Assembly (NCBI GenBank): GCA_022711665.1
Contig: JAKLEN010000005.1
Coordinates: 261-64,260 of the forward strand
Origin: Acidobacteriota bacterium
Lineage (GTDB): Bacteria > Acidobacteriota > Aminicenantia > Aminicenantales > Saccharicenantaceae
DNA length: 64,000 nucleotides
Direction: 5' to 3'
A model generated the notes under the pieces. It saw only the letters and a program-made list of their open reading frames with translations. It was not told the origin of the DNA and ran no database searches. Positions 45,329-53,192 of this stretch are shown piece after piece (position 1 is the stretch's first letter; every line of letters starts with the position of its first letter). The position numbers and the translations under genes were made by a program.

Positions 45329-47884
45329 GTGACCGACGGCCGGCTCGAACGCCTGTTGCGGGGCTTCGGCGACGTCCGGGGCCGCGAAGCCCGGGCGGCC
45401 CTGGCCCTGTCGGCCTACTTCTTCCTGATCACGGCCGCCTTCTATATCATCAAGCCGGTCAAGGAGAGCCTGCTCATCGGCATCCATCCGGCCTGGTGGT
45501 CGTACGCCGACCTGGCCACGGCCCTGCTCATCGGCTTCGTCGTCGCCCTCAACGCCAGGCTCCTCGACCGCCTGCCGCGGCGCACCTATCTCACGGCCTC
45601 GCTCCTGTTCTTCGTGGCCAGCCTGCTCGTTTTCTGGCTCGTCTTCGACATGATCCGGACGAGCCAGGTCCAGACGCCCGTGGCCGACTCTTCGGGCATC
45701 CTCTTCCTCCTCTGGGCCCAGACGGTCATCCTCAGGGCGCCGCTCGTTCCGGTCATCGTCTTCAGCTTCTGGGCCGACGTGTTCATCGCCATGGCCGTGA
45801 CCCAGTTCTGGATCGCCGTCAACGACGTCCTCCACGCCCACCAGGCCAAGCGGCTGGTCGGCCTGTTCGTCACGGGAGGCCTGGTCGGCGGCATCGCCGG
45901 AGCGGCCATCGCCTTCCTGGCCACCACGCTCAAGGCCGTCAAGGTCGAGACCCTGCTCCTCGTCTGCCCAGTCCTGCTCCTCCTGGCCCTGGTGACGGTC
46001 AACTTCGTCTACGCCGGGCGCCAGAGGATCGACGCCGCGGCCGGGGACGGGCGCATCGGCCCGGCGGCCGGGGCCGGCGCCCCGGCCGGGTTCGGCCAGG
46101 TCCTCCGGCACCGCTACCTCCGGCTCCTGGCGGCCATGCTGGCCTCGGCCATCCTGGCCGGGACCCTGATCAACTACCAGTTCAAGACGGCCGTCAAGAG
46201 CGCCTATCCCGGCGACCAGGCCCGGACCTCCTACATCGCCGGCTTCCTGCTCGTCATCCTGGCCGTCTCGACCGTCTTCCACCTCCTGACGACCGACCGC
46301 TTCCTCAAGACCTATGGCATCCGCTGGGCCATCTCGCTCGCGCCGCTGGCCCTGCTCCTCGGCTCGGCGGCCGTCTTCGTCATCCCGGCCGTCCTGGCGC
46401 TGCCCTGGGCCTCGCTCGTCCGGGGGGCCGACAAGGGCTTCGACAACACCCTCAGCCAGTCCGTCCGCGAGCTCCTCTACATCCCTGTGCCGGCGGACGT
46501 CAAGTACCGGGCCAAGATCTTCATCGACATGTTCGTCAGCAAATTCGCCACCGGCTGCGGCGCCCTGGTGTTCCTGGGCCTGCGGGCCGTCCGCAATTTC
46601 GATTACCGCGCCGGCCAGGACCTGGCTATCCTCCGCGAGATCGGCGTGCTGACCGTCGCCGCCGTCCTCGTCTGGCTGGTCCTGACCCGCCTGGTCTATC
46701 GCGAGTACCCGGCCGTCCTGAAGCAGCCCATCCGCCGCAAGTGGACCCCGGCCGACGAGGTCATCCGCGAGCACGTCGACGAGGACCTGACCCTCAAGGT
46801 CTTCAATACCATCCAGAGCCGGGAGCGGAGCACGACCCTCTATCTCATGAACATCTTCGACCTGGTCCGGCGCCGGGACCTGACCCCCGACCTCAGGGGC
46901 CTGCTCGGGCTCAAGAGGGACGAGATCAAGGCCCGGGGCATGGACGCCCTCTTCGATGTCGGCGGCGCGGCCTTCTTCCCCGGGCTCGAGGAGGCCGTCG
47001 ACGATCCGGCCTTCCGCCGGGAGATCGAGCTCGTCTTCCTCCTGCCGGTCTACCAGGAGATCATGGCCCAGCGGCTGGGAGAGATGGCGGCCTCCCCGGC
47101 CGAGCTCGACCGCATCGAGGTGGCCAAGCTCATTGGCCGCATGGTCCCCAACCCGCCCACGATCGAGGCCCTGGGCCGGCTGCTGCGGGACCCCTCGGCG
47201 GAGGTCGCCCTCTACGCCCTGGAGAGCGCCGCCGTGCACCGCCACCCCGGCCACGTGCCCCTGATACTGGATCAGCTGGCCAATCCCATGCTCCGGGCCG
47301 CGGCCCAGACGGCGTTGGCCGCCTACGGGCCGGGCGTCGCGGCCCTGGTCGCCCCGGCCCTGGCTTCGGACGGGACGCCCGTCGAGATCCGCCGGGCCCT
47401 GCCCGAGGTCCTGGCCCGCCTCGGCACCCAGACCGCCGCCGACATCCTGCTCGACGGGCTGGGCCGCCGCGACGAGGCCCTGGAACAGGCCCTGGTCGAC
47501 GCCCTGGCCAAGATCCGGCTCGACCGGCCCGAGATCCGCTTCTCCCACAAGGCGGTCCGGCTGGAGCTGCTGGGCCTCGTCCGGAGGACCTGCGAGATCG
47601 TCCTGGACCCGCCGGCCGGCCCGCCGGCCGAGGCCAGGGCGCTACTCGATATCCGGCTCAAGCGGGTCTTCGACCTCCTGACGCTCCTCTACCCGCCGGA
47701 GGACATCGTCAAGGCCTACCAGAATATCCTGCAGGGGACGGCCCAGTCGACCGACTACTCGCTCGAGCACCTGGACATGCTTCTCGACCGGGAGCTCAAG
47801 GGCCTGCTCCTGCCCCTGGTCGACGCCGGCCTGTCGCCCGAGGAGCGGGCCCAGCGCCTGCGCCGGGCCCTGAGGTTGAAATGA
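45329..47884 (+). CDS. TLC-family (ATP/ADP-translocase-like, Npt-type) transporter domain fused to C-terminal HEAT/PBS-lyase-like repeats
   Basis: A GTG start is preceded by GAGAGGGGAGG. The N-terminal ~440 aa is polytopic, with the TLC-like opening motif FFLITAAFYIIKPVKESLLI. The C-terminal ~400 aa consists of Leu/Ala-rich repeats. Confidence 0.7.
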   Translation: MTDGRLERLLRGFGDVRGREARAALALSAYFFLITAAFYIIKPVKESLLIGIHPAWWSYADLATALLIGFVVALNARLLDRLPRRTYLTASLLFFVASLLVFWLVFDMIRTSQVQTPVADSSGILFLLWAQTVILRAPLVPVIVFSFWADVFIAMAVTQFWIAVNDVLHAHQAKRLVGLFVTGGLVGGIAGAAIAFLATTLKAVKVETLLLVCPVLLLLALVTVNFVYAGRQRIDAAAGDGRIGPAAGAGAPAGFGQVLRHRYLRLLAAMLASAILAGTLINYQFKTAVKSAYPGDQARTSYIAGFLLVILAVSTVFHLLTTDRFLKTYGIRWAISLAPLALLLGSAAVFVIPAVLALPWASLVRGADKGFDNTLSQSVRELLYIPVPADVKYRAKIFIDMFVSKFATGCGALVFLGLRAVRNFDYRAGQDLAILREIGVLTVAAVLVWLVLTRLVYREYPAVLKQPIRRKWTPADEVIREHVDEDLTLKVFNTIQSRERSTTLYLMNIFDLVRRRDLTPDLRGLLGLKRDEIKARGMDALFDVGGAAFFPGLEEAVDDPAFRREIELVFLLPVYQEIMAQRLGEMAASPAELDRIEVAKLIGRMVPNPPTIEALGRLLRDPSAEVALYALESAAVHRHPGHVPLILDQLANPMLRAAAQTALAAYGPGVAALVAPALASDGTPVEIRRALPEVLARLGTQTAADILLDGLGRRDEALEQALVDALAKIRLDRPEIRFSHKAVRLELLGLVRRTCEIVLDPPAGPPAEARALLDIRLKRVFDLLTLLYPPEDIVKAYQNILQGTAQSTDYSLEHLDMLLDRELKGLLLPLVDAGLSPEERAQRLRRALRLK

Positions 47885-47902
47885 CCGGACGCGTCATCTA
47901 GA

Positions 47903-49603
47903 ATGACGGCGGAGAGAACGCCCATGGCCAACCTTTACATCTACCCGAAGTCGGGGGAGCCCTCGACCTTCCCGCTGGCCGGGCGCCGCGTCACAGTCGG
48001 CCGCTCATCGGCCAACGACATCGTCCTGTCCGACCAGTTCAGCTCGGGCGTCCACGCCGTCATCGCCCCGACCGAGCACGGCTACGCCCTCATCGACCAG
48101 GGCAGCAAGAACGGCACCTTCGTCAACGGCCGGCGCGTCAACGGCGAGATCGACCTGGCCCGGGGCGACGAGATCCTGATCGGCTCGACCCGCTTCTTCT
48201 TCGACAAGGATTTCCAGCCGCCCGTCGAGACCGTCGAGGGCACGACCTTCACCCACAGCTCGAACACGATCATCCAGGTCAAGGACATCCTCAGGAAGAC
48301 GCCGGGGACCGGGGTCATCATGAAGACGCCTGGCGGCGGGCTCGACCTGGAGCGCCTGCAGAAGGACCAGAAGACGAGCTCGGTCCTGACGGCCGTCAGC
48401 CAGGCCCTGATCTACCACATGCCGCTGGAGAAGCTCCTCGGCCACATCATGGACGTCCTCATCCAGCACCTGCCGATGGACCGCGGCGTCCTGATGATCA
48501 AGAACGAGGCCACCGAGGCCCTCGAGCCCAAGGTCGTCCGCATCCAGAACGGCGCCCTGCGGAACCAGAGCATCTTCGTCAGCCAGACCATCGTCCGGAC
48601 GGCCCTGGAGCGCAACTCGGCCATCCTCATCTCCGACATCCAGGCCGACGAGGACCTGCGCGAGCAGTTCAGCGTCATCCAGGCCCGGATCCACTCGGCC
48701 ATGTGCGTGCCCCTTTGGAACAACCAGGACATCATCGGCCTCATCTACTGCGACCGGGCCTCGCTCCTGGAGCAGTTCAGCGAGGACGACCTGCGGCTGC
48801 TGACCCTTCTCGGCAACCTGGCCGCGGTCAAGATCGAGAACGCCCGTCTCTATGAACAGGCCCTGGAGAAGGCCCGCCAGGACCGCGAGCTGGCCCTGGC
48901 CACCCAGATCCAGATGAACTTCCTGCCCCGGACCGACCCCGACTTCGCCCCCTACGAGGTCAGCGGCAGCGCCCGGGCCTGCCGCCATGTCGGCGGGGAC
49001 TATTTCGACTATATCGCCGTCGACAAGGACCGCCTGGCCCTGGTCATCGCCGACGTCTCGGGCGTCGGCGTCAGCGCCTCGTTGCTCATGGCCTCGCTGC
49101 GGGGCGGCCTGCACGAGCGCTTCCCGGGCGTCATCGACCTGGCCCAGGTGGCTTCCCACCTGAACGATTTCGTCTACGCCAGCTCGGACAGCCATCTGTT
49201 CATCTCCTTCTTCCTGGCCATCCTCGACCGGACCCGGGACGAGCTCAGCTACGTCAACGCCGGCCACAATCCGCCCCTCGTCGTCGGCCGCAAGGGCCCG
49301 GCCAAGTCCCTGGAGACGACCGGGCTGTGCCTGGGCATGTTCCCCGGCCAGGCTTACCGTGAGGAGAAGGCCGGGCTGGCCCCCGGCGACATCCTCTGCC
49401 TCTACACGGATGGCATCGTCGAGAGCCGGGCCGGGGGCGGCGAGGAATACGGCGAGAAGCGCCTGGCCGACAAGGTCCGGGAGCTGCGCGGCCGCCCGGC
49501 CCGGGAGATCCGCGACCGGCTCTTCGAGGACGTCTTCGCCTTCAGCGCCTGCGACGAAGCCGGCGACGACATGACACTCGTCGTCGTCAAGCGGAACCCA
49601 TGA
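47903..49603 (+). CDS. FHA-GAF-PP2C (SpoIIE/RsbU-type) serine phosphatase
   Basis: The FHA domain (RVTVGRSSANDIVLSD...GTFVNGRRV) is followed by a GAF-like middle region and the PP2C motifs (GGDYFDY, DVSGVG, YTDGIVE). The alternative start is the ATG at 47924. Confidence 0.8.
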   Translation: MTAERTPMANLYIYPKSGEPSTFPLAGRRVTVGRSSANDIVLSDQFSSGVHAVIAPTEHGYALIDQGSKNGTFVNGRRVNGEIDLARGDEILIGSTRFFFDKDFQPPVETVEGTTFTHSSNTIIQVKDILRKTPGTGVIMKTPGGGLDLERLQKDQKTSSVLTAVSQALIYHMPLEKLLGHIMDVLIQHLPMDRGVLMIKNEATEALEPKVVRIQNGALRNQSIFVSQTIVRTALERNSAILISDIQADEDLREQFSVIQARIHSAMCVPLWNNQDIIGLIYCDRASLLEQFSEDDLRLLTLLGNLAAVKIENARLYEQALEKARQDRELALATQIQMNFLPRTDPDFAPYEVSGSARACRHVGGDYFDYIAVDKDRLALVIADVSGVGVSASLLMASLRGGLHERFPGVIDLAQVASHLNDFVYASSDSHLFISFFLAILDRTRDELSYVNAGHNPPLVVGRKGPAKSLETTGLCLGMFPGQAYREEKAGLAPGDILCLYTDGIVESRAGGGEEYGEKRLADKVRELRGRPAREIRDRLFEDVFAFSACDEAGDDMTLVVVKRNP

Positions 49604-50043
49604 TAACGGAGCGGGGGAGGGCCGTGATCGGACCGGAGCCGCGGGAGCTGCGGGTCCCGGCCCGGATCACGGAGGTCGACCGCATCAGGGCCTTCCTCCG
49701 CGAGGCCATCGCCGGCCTGCCGCTCGACGAGGAGGACCGGCTCCGGGTCGAGCTGGCCCTCCACGAGATCTGCGTCAACATCGCCCGCTACGCCTATCCC
49801 CGGGGCCGCAAGGGGGACATGATCGTCCGCATCTGGCAGGATGGCGACTCCCTCTACGTCGAGGTCCGGGACTCGGGCATACCCTTCAACCCCGTCCGCA
49901 AAAAGAACCCCGACCTGAAGGTCAAGCTGCGCCGCGGCCTCCCCGGCGGCCTGGGCGTCTACTTCTTCAAGACGCTCATGGACGGCCTGTCGTACCGGCG
50001 GGCCGGCGGCCAGAACATCCTGACAGTCCGCAAGGCCCTCTGA
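49600..50043 (+). CDS. anti-sigma regulatory factor / serine protein kinase of the RsbW/SpoIIAB family (GHKL ATPase fold)
   Basis: It overlaps the upstream stop (ATGA). The HATPase_c motifs are EICVNIARYA and DSGIPFNP...GGLGVYF. Confidence 0.75.
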   Translation: MITERGRAVIGPEPRELRVPARITEVDRIRAFLREAIAGLPLDEEDRLRVELALHEICVNIARYAYPRGRKGDMIVRIWQDGDSLYVEVRDSGIPFNPVRKKNPDLKVKLRRGLPGGLGVYFFKTLMDGLSYRRAGGQNILTVRKAL

Positions 50044-50898
50044 TCAATAGAGGACCTTGGCCTCGCCGTTGACCTTGATCAGCCGGCCGATCTCGTCCAG
50101 GACGAGGTCCCGGCGGACCAGGACGGCCCGGATCTCCTCGTCGGTCAGGTAGGCGCCGACGGCCGAGCGGACGGCGGCGAAGTCGAGGGCCCTGACCCTG
50201 GCCACCACGGCCCGGGGCAGCTCGCTCATGAGCTTCGGCCCGTCGGGCGACTTGGCCGAGTAGAGGAGGCTCCTGAGGAAGCGGCCCGAGGTCCGGAACG
50301 AGCGCGAGTGGTCGATCAGCACCATCCGCCAGTCGGCGGTGATCAGGATCTGGTTCAGGTGCCGGTCCTCGTTGGCGATGAGGTTGTCGAAGAGCCGCTG
50401 GAGGTAGGTGGCCCGGTTCCAGGCCGGGACCTGCCGCGGCGGGATCTTGAGGCCCCGGTCCTCCTTGTCCCGCAGCGACATGCAGCCGTCGACCCAATAC
50501 TGGCAGGACCCCCGCTCGTCGCGGAAGCGGCGCTCGACGGTGGGCGGCACCAGCTCCAGGCCGAGGAGCTTGTCCAGGCGGTAGGCGGCGATCTCGTACT
50601 GCCAGCCCTCCCAGTAGCCGCCCATGCGGCCCTGGGCGTTCTTCCACAGCCCGCGGTGCCTGACGCCGCCGAGCTCGAGCATCAGGACCCAGGGGGAGGT
50701 CACTGCTTCGGCGCCCGTCATCTGCCGACTCTCGCTCTCGACGACCACGGCCTCCGCCAGGAAAGCCTCCCAGCGGCCGCGCTGGGCCAGGTCCTCGGCC
50801 CGGAACTGCGGCGGCGCGGCCGGGTCCTCGCAGCCGGCCGGGAGGGCGGCCGCCAGGGCCGCGGCCAGGGCCAGGATGACGGCCGACCGCGGGCTCAA
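50044..50898 (-). CDS. exported lipoprotein with an atypical-kinase-like domain (PI3/PI4-kinase-like catalytic-loop signature DRHxN...IDHS), paralogue 1
   Basis: A TTG start is preceded by GGAGG. The lipobox is LPAGC. WKNAQG...WQYEIAAYRLDKLLGLELVPP resembles the PI3K Lys/alphaC region. IANEDRHLNQILITADWRMVLIDHSRSF has the spacing of the PI3K DRHxxN...IDFG motif. The kinase assignment is an inference from motifs, not from a search. Confidence 0.6.
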   Translation of the reverse strand: MSPRSAVILALAAALAAALPAGCEDPAAPPQFRAEDLAQRGRWEAFLAEAVVVESESRQMTGAEAVTSPWVLMLELGGVRHRGLWKNAQGRMGGYWEGWQYEIAAYRLDKLLGLELVPPTVERRFRDERGSCQYWVDGCMSLRDKEDRGLKIPPRQVPAWNRATYLQRLFDNLIANEDRHLNQILITADWRMVLIDHSRSFRTSGRFLRSLLYSAKSPDGPKLMSELPRAVVARVRALDFAAVRSAVGAYLTDEEIRAVLVRRDLVLDEIGRLIKVNGEAKVLY

Positions 50899-51725
50899 TA
50901 GACAACCTCCTGGCCCTGTTCCCCGATCATCCGGGCGATCTCCCGGACGAGCAGGTCGCGGCGGGACAGGACGGCCCGGATCTCCCGGTCAGTGAGGGTC
51001 GCGCCGACGGCGGCGCGGATGTTGTCGAAGGTCAGCGTGCCGATCCGGTCGACGAACCAGCGGGGCAGGCGCCGGAAAAGGAACGGCTCCCCGGCGTCCC
51101 CTCTCTTGATGCCGTCGCGGCCGAACATCAGCCGCTTGGAGAATTCGCCGCCGCTGCGGAAGGCCCGGGAGTGGTCGAAGAGGATCATCCGCCAGTCCTC
51201 GGTGTAGAGTATATTCTGCTGGGTCCGGTCTTCGTTGGCGATCAGGCTGTCCCAGGCCCGGGCCAGGTACTTCATCTTTTCCGTGCGGTCCTGGGCCTCG
51301 TCCGGGATGCGGATGCCTTCCTCCACGAGCTTGAGCAGGCTGTATTTATTCTCGGCCCAAAGGACCAGGGCGCCCTTCCGGCCCCGGAAGGTGCGCTCGA
51401 CGGCCGGCGGGACCATGTTCAGCCCCAGGAGCTTGTCCAGGCGGTAGGCGGCGATCTCGTACTGCCAGCCTTCGAGATGGCCGTTCTGCAGGCCGCGGGG
51501 GTTCTTCCAGGCGGCCTTGCGCTCGACGCCGTCCTTCTCCAGGTAGAGCCGCCAGGGACGGGTCACGCCTTCGCCGATCTCCTCCGAGCGGACGATCCGG
51601 GCCGTCAGCAGGAAGTCCTCCATGGCCGCCCGCCGGGCGACCTCTTCGGCCGTGAACTGGGCGGAGGCGACGGACGGCCAGGCCGCCGCCAGGACCAGGG
51701 ACAGGAGAACGAGGGATCGTTTCAT
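50895..51725 (-). CDS. exported protein with the same atypical-kinase-like domain, paralogue 2 (catalytic His replaced, DRTQQN)
   Basis: A signal peptide ...VASA|QF is followed by WQYEIAAYRLDKLLGLNMVPP and IANEDRTQQNILYTEDWRMILFDHSRAF. The start is TGAATG-coupled to the upstream gene. Confidence 0.6.
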   Translation of the reverse strand: MKRSLVLLSLVLAAAWPSVASAQFTAEEVARRAAMEDFLLTARIVRSEEIGEGVTRPWRLYLEKDGVERKAAWKNPRGLQNGHLEGWQYEIAAYRLDKLLGLNMVPPAVERTFRGRKGALVLWAENKYSLLKLVEEGIRIPDEAQDRTEKMKYLARAWDSLIANEDRTQQNILYTEDWRMILFDHSRAFRSGGEFSKRLMFGRDGIKRGDAGEPFLFRRLPRWFVDRIGTLTFDNIRAAVGATLTDREIRAVLSRRDLLVREIARMIGEQGQEVVY

Positions 51726-53180
51726 TCAGGCCTCCCCGGCGGCCGCGTCCGTGGCCGCTTTCCGCCCGGCGTAGGCGGGAATGATCTTGAGGCAGATCGC
51801 CAGGAGCACGATGACTGCGACGACGTTGAGAAGGGCGAAGCGCTCGACCGGCAGGCCCAGGAGCCCGGTGCCGATAAGGACGGCCAGGGCCGAGAGCGTG
51901 TCTCCGCCGCGGACGAAGAACGTATCGATGGCCGCCTTGGCCTTGTACTTCTCCTCGCGCCGGGTGACAAGGAACAGGGCGGCCTTGGTCGTGTTCTGGA
52001 GGGAATAGTCGGTGCCGTTCTCCAGGGCCTTGACCCAGCGGACCAGGCCCAGGACGGCGCCGAAGGAGATGAGGGCGTAGCCGCCCAGGGCGAGCAGGGG
52101 CAGGACGAGCAGGGCCCCGTTGACGCCGATCCATTTGAAGATGCGCGAGACGAGGAAGAGCTGGATGACCAGGGCGATCAGGTTGGTCAGGAACTGGTAG
52201 TCCATGAAGGCGTCGTGGATGGCTTTCTCCGCCGGCTCGTTGGCCCCTTCCGGCGCCGGCGACGGAGCCGAGGCCGCGGAGGGGCCGGCGATCGACCGGT
52301 TGACCGTGGCCGTGGTGATGATGTACTCCCCGGTCGCGTTGACGAAATTGTAGAGCCCGATCATGAGCGCGATGAGCAGCAGGTAGCGGTTGCGGAAGAC
52401 GAGCCTGAAGCCGCCTCCGGCCCGGAGCGGCATCTCCTGGGTCTCGGCCCGGGCCCCGGCGCCGGCCTGGCCCCGTTCCCGGGCCGCCGCGACGGCCCGG
52501 ACCTCGCGGCGGTGGATATGCCGGGCCAGGAGGATGCAGACGAAAAGGATGATCCCGGCCAGGAGCATCAGCTTGAACTCCCAGTGGCTCCCCAACAGGT
52601 CCCGCAGCCGTTTCATGAACGGCAGCGTGGCCACCAGGCCGCCGGAGGTCGCTCCCAGGGCCACCAGCGGGAAGGCCCGCTTGCCGGCCTCGTCGGAGTA
52701 GAGGTCGTTGGCGAAACCCCAGAATTGGGCGATGACGAAATAATTGAAGATGCCGATCCAGATGAAGAACAGGATGCCCATGGGCCTGACGGCCATCCCG
52801 CCGAGGTCGAGCAGGTAGAACAGGGCCAGGTTGGAGATGAAGAAAGACGTCGTCCAGGTGATCAGCACGTGGCGCGGCACCCTGGAGGACAGGCGGCTGA
52901 AGGCCTTGACGACGAAGACGAAGAGCACCGCCTGGGCCCCGCTCAGGCAGCTCTTGACGACGGCCGAGTCCTTGTCCACGAGGAGGAGCGCCTCGCGCAG
53001 GGGCTTGAGGATATAGTAGGCCAGGAGCAACAGGAAGACGTTCAGGCCCAAGAGCAGGGCCTTGGGCGCCTCGCCTGGCCGGATGTCGGCGAAGAGCCGC
53101 AGGAACCGGTAGCCCGGGCTGTAGCGCTGCGGCGGCGCGACCGCGGCCGCCGCCTCGAGACGATCGGGCATTGGCGCCAT
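51726..53180 (-). CDS. TLC-family (ATP/ADP-translocase-like, Npt-type) membrane transporter
   Basis: It has 11-12 TM helices. KALLLGLNVFLLLLAYYILKPLREALLLVD matches the TLC N-terminal signature (K..L.LM.F.ILFNY.ILR..KD.L.V). It is paralogous to the N-terminal domain of 45329..47884. The likely true start is the ATG at 53171, which sits 9 nt after GGAGG. Confidence 0.7.
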   Translation of the reverse strand: MAPMPDRLEAAAAVAPPQRYSPGYRFLRLFADIRPGEAPKALLLGLNVFLLLLAYYILKPLREALLLVDKDSAVVKSCLSGAQAVLFVFVVKAFSRLSSRVPRHVLITWTTSFFISNLALFYLLDLGGMAVRPMGILFFIWIGIFNYFVIAQFWGFANDLYSDEAGKRAFPLVALGATSGGLVATLPFMKRLRDLLGSHWEFKLMLLAGIILFVCILLARHIHRREVRAVAAARERGQAGAGARAETQEMPLRAGGGFRLVFRNRYLLLIALMIGLYNFVNATGEYIITTATVNRSIAGPSAASAPSPAPEGANEPAEKAIHDAFMDYQFLTNLIALVIQLFLVSRIFKWIGVNGALLVLPLLALGGYALISFGAVLGLVRWVKALENGTDYSLQNTTKAALFLVTRREEKYKAKAAIDTFFVRGGDTLSALAVLIGTGLLGLPVERFALLNVVAVIVLLAICLKIIPAYAGRKAATDAAAGEA

Positions 53181-53192
53181 CCTCCGGCCCGG

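Noticed and set aside
45149-47901. ORFs 45149..47548 (-, 799 aa) and 45256..47901 (+, 881 aa, alternate frame)
   Set aside because: They overlap the TLC-HEAT gene. Only the 45329..47884 frame gives hydrophobic TM helices and Leu/Ala-rich HEAT repeats. The others are Arg/Gly/Pro-rich.
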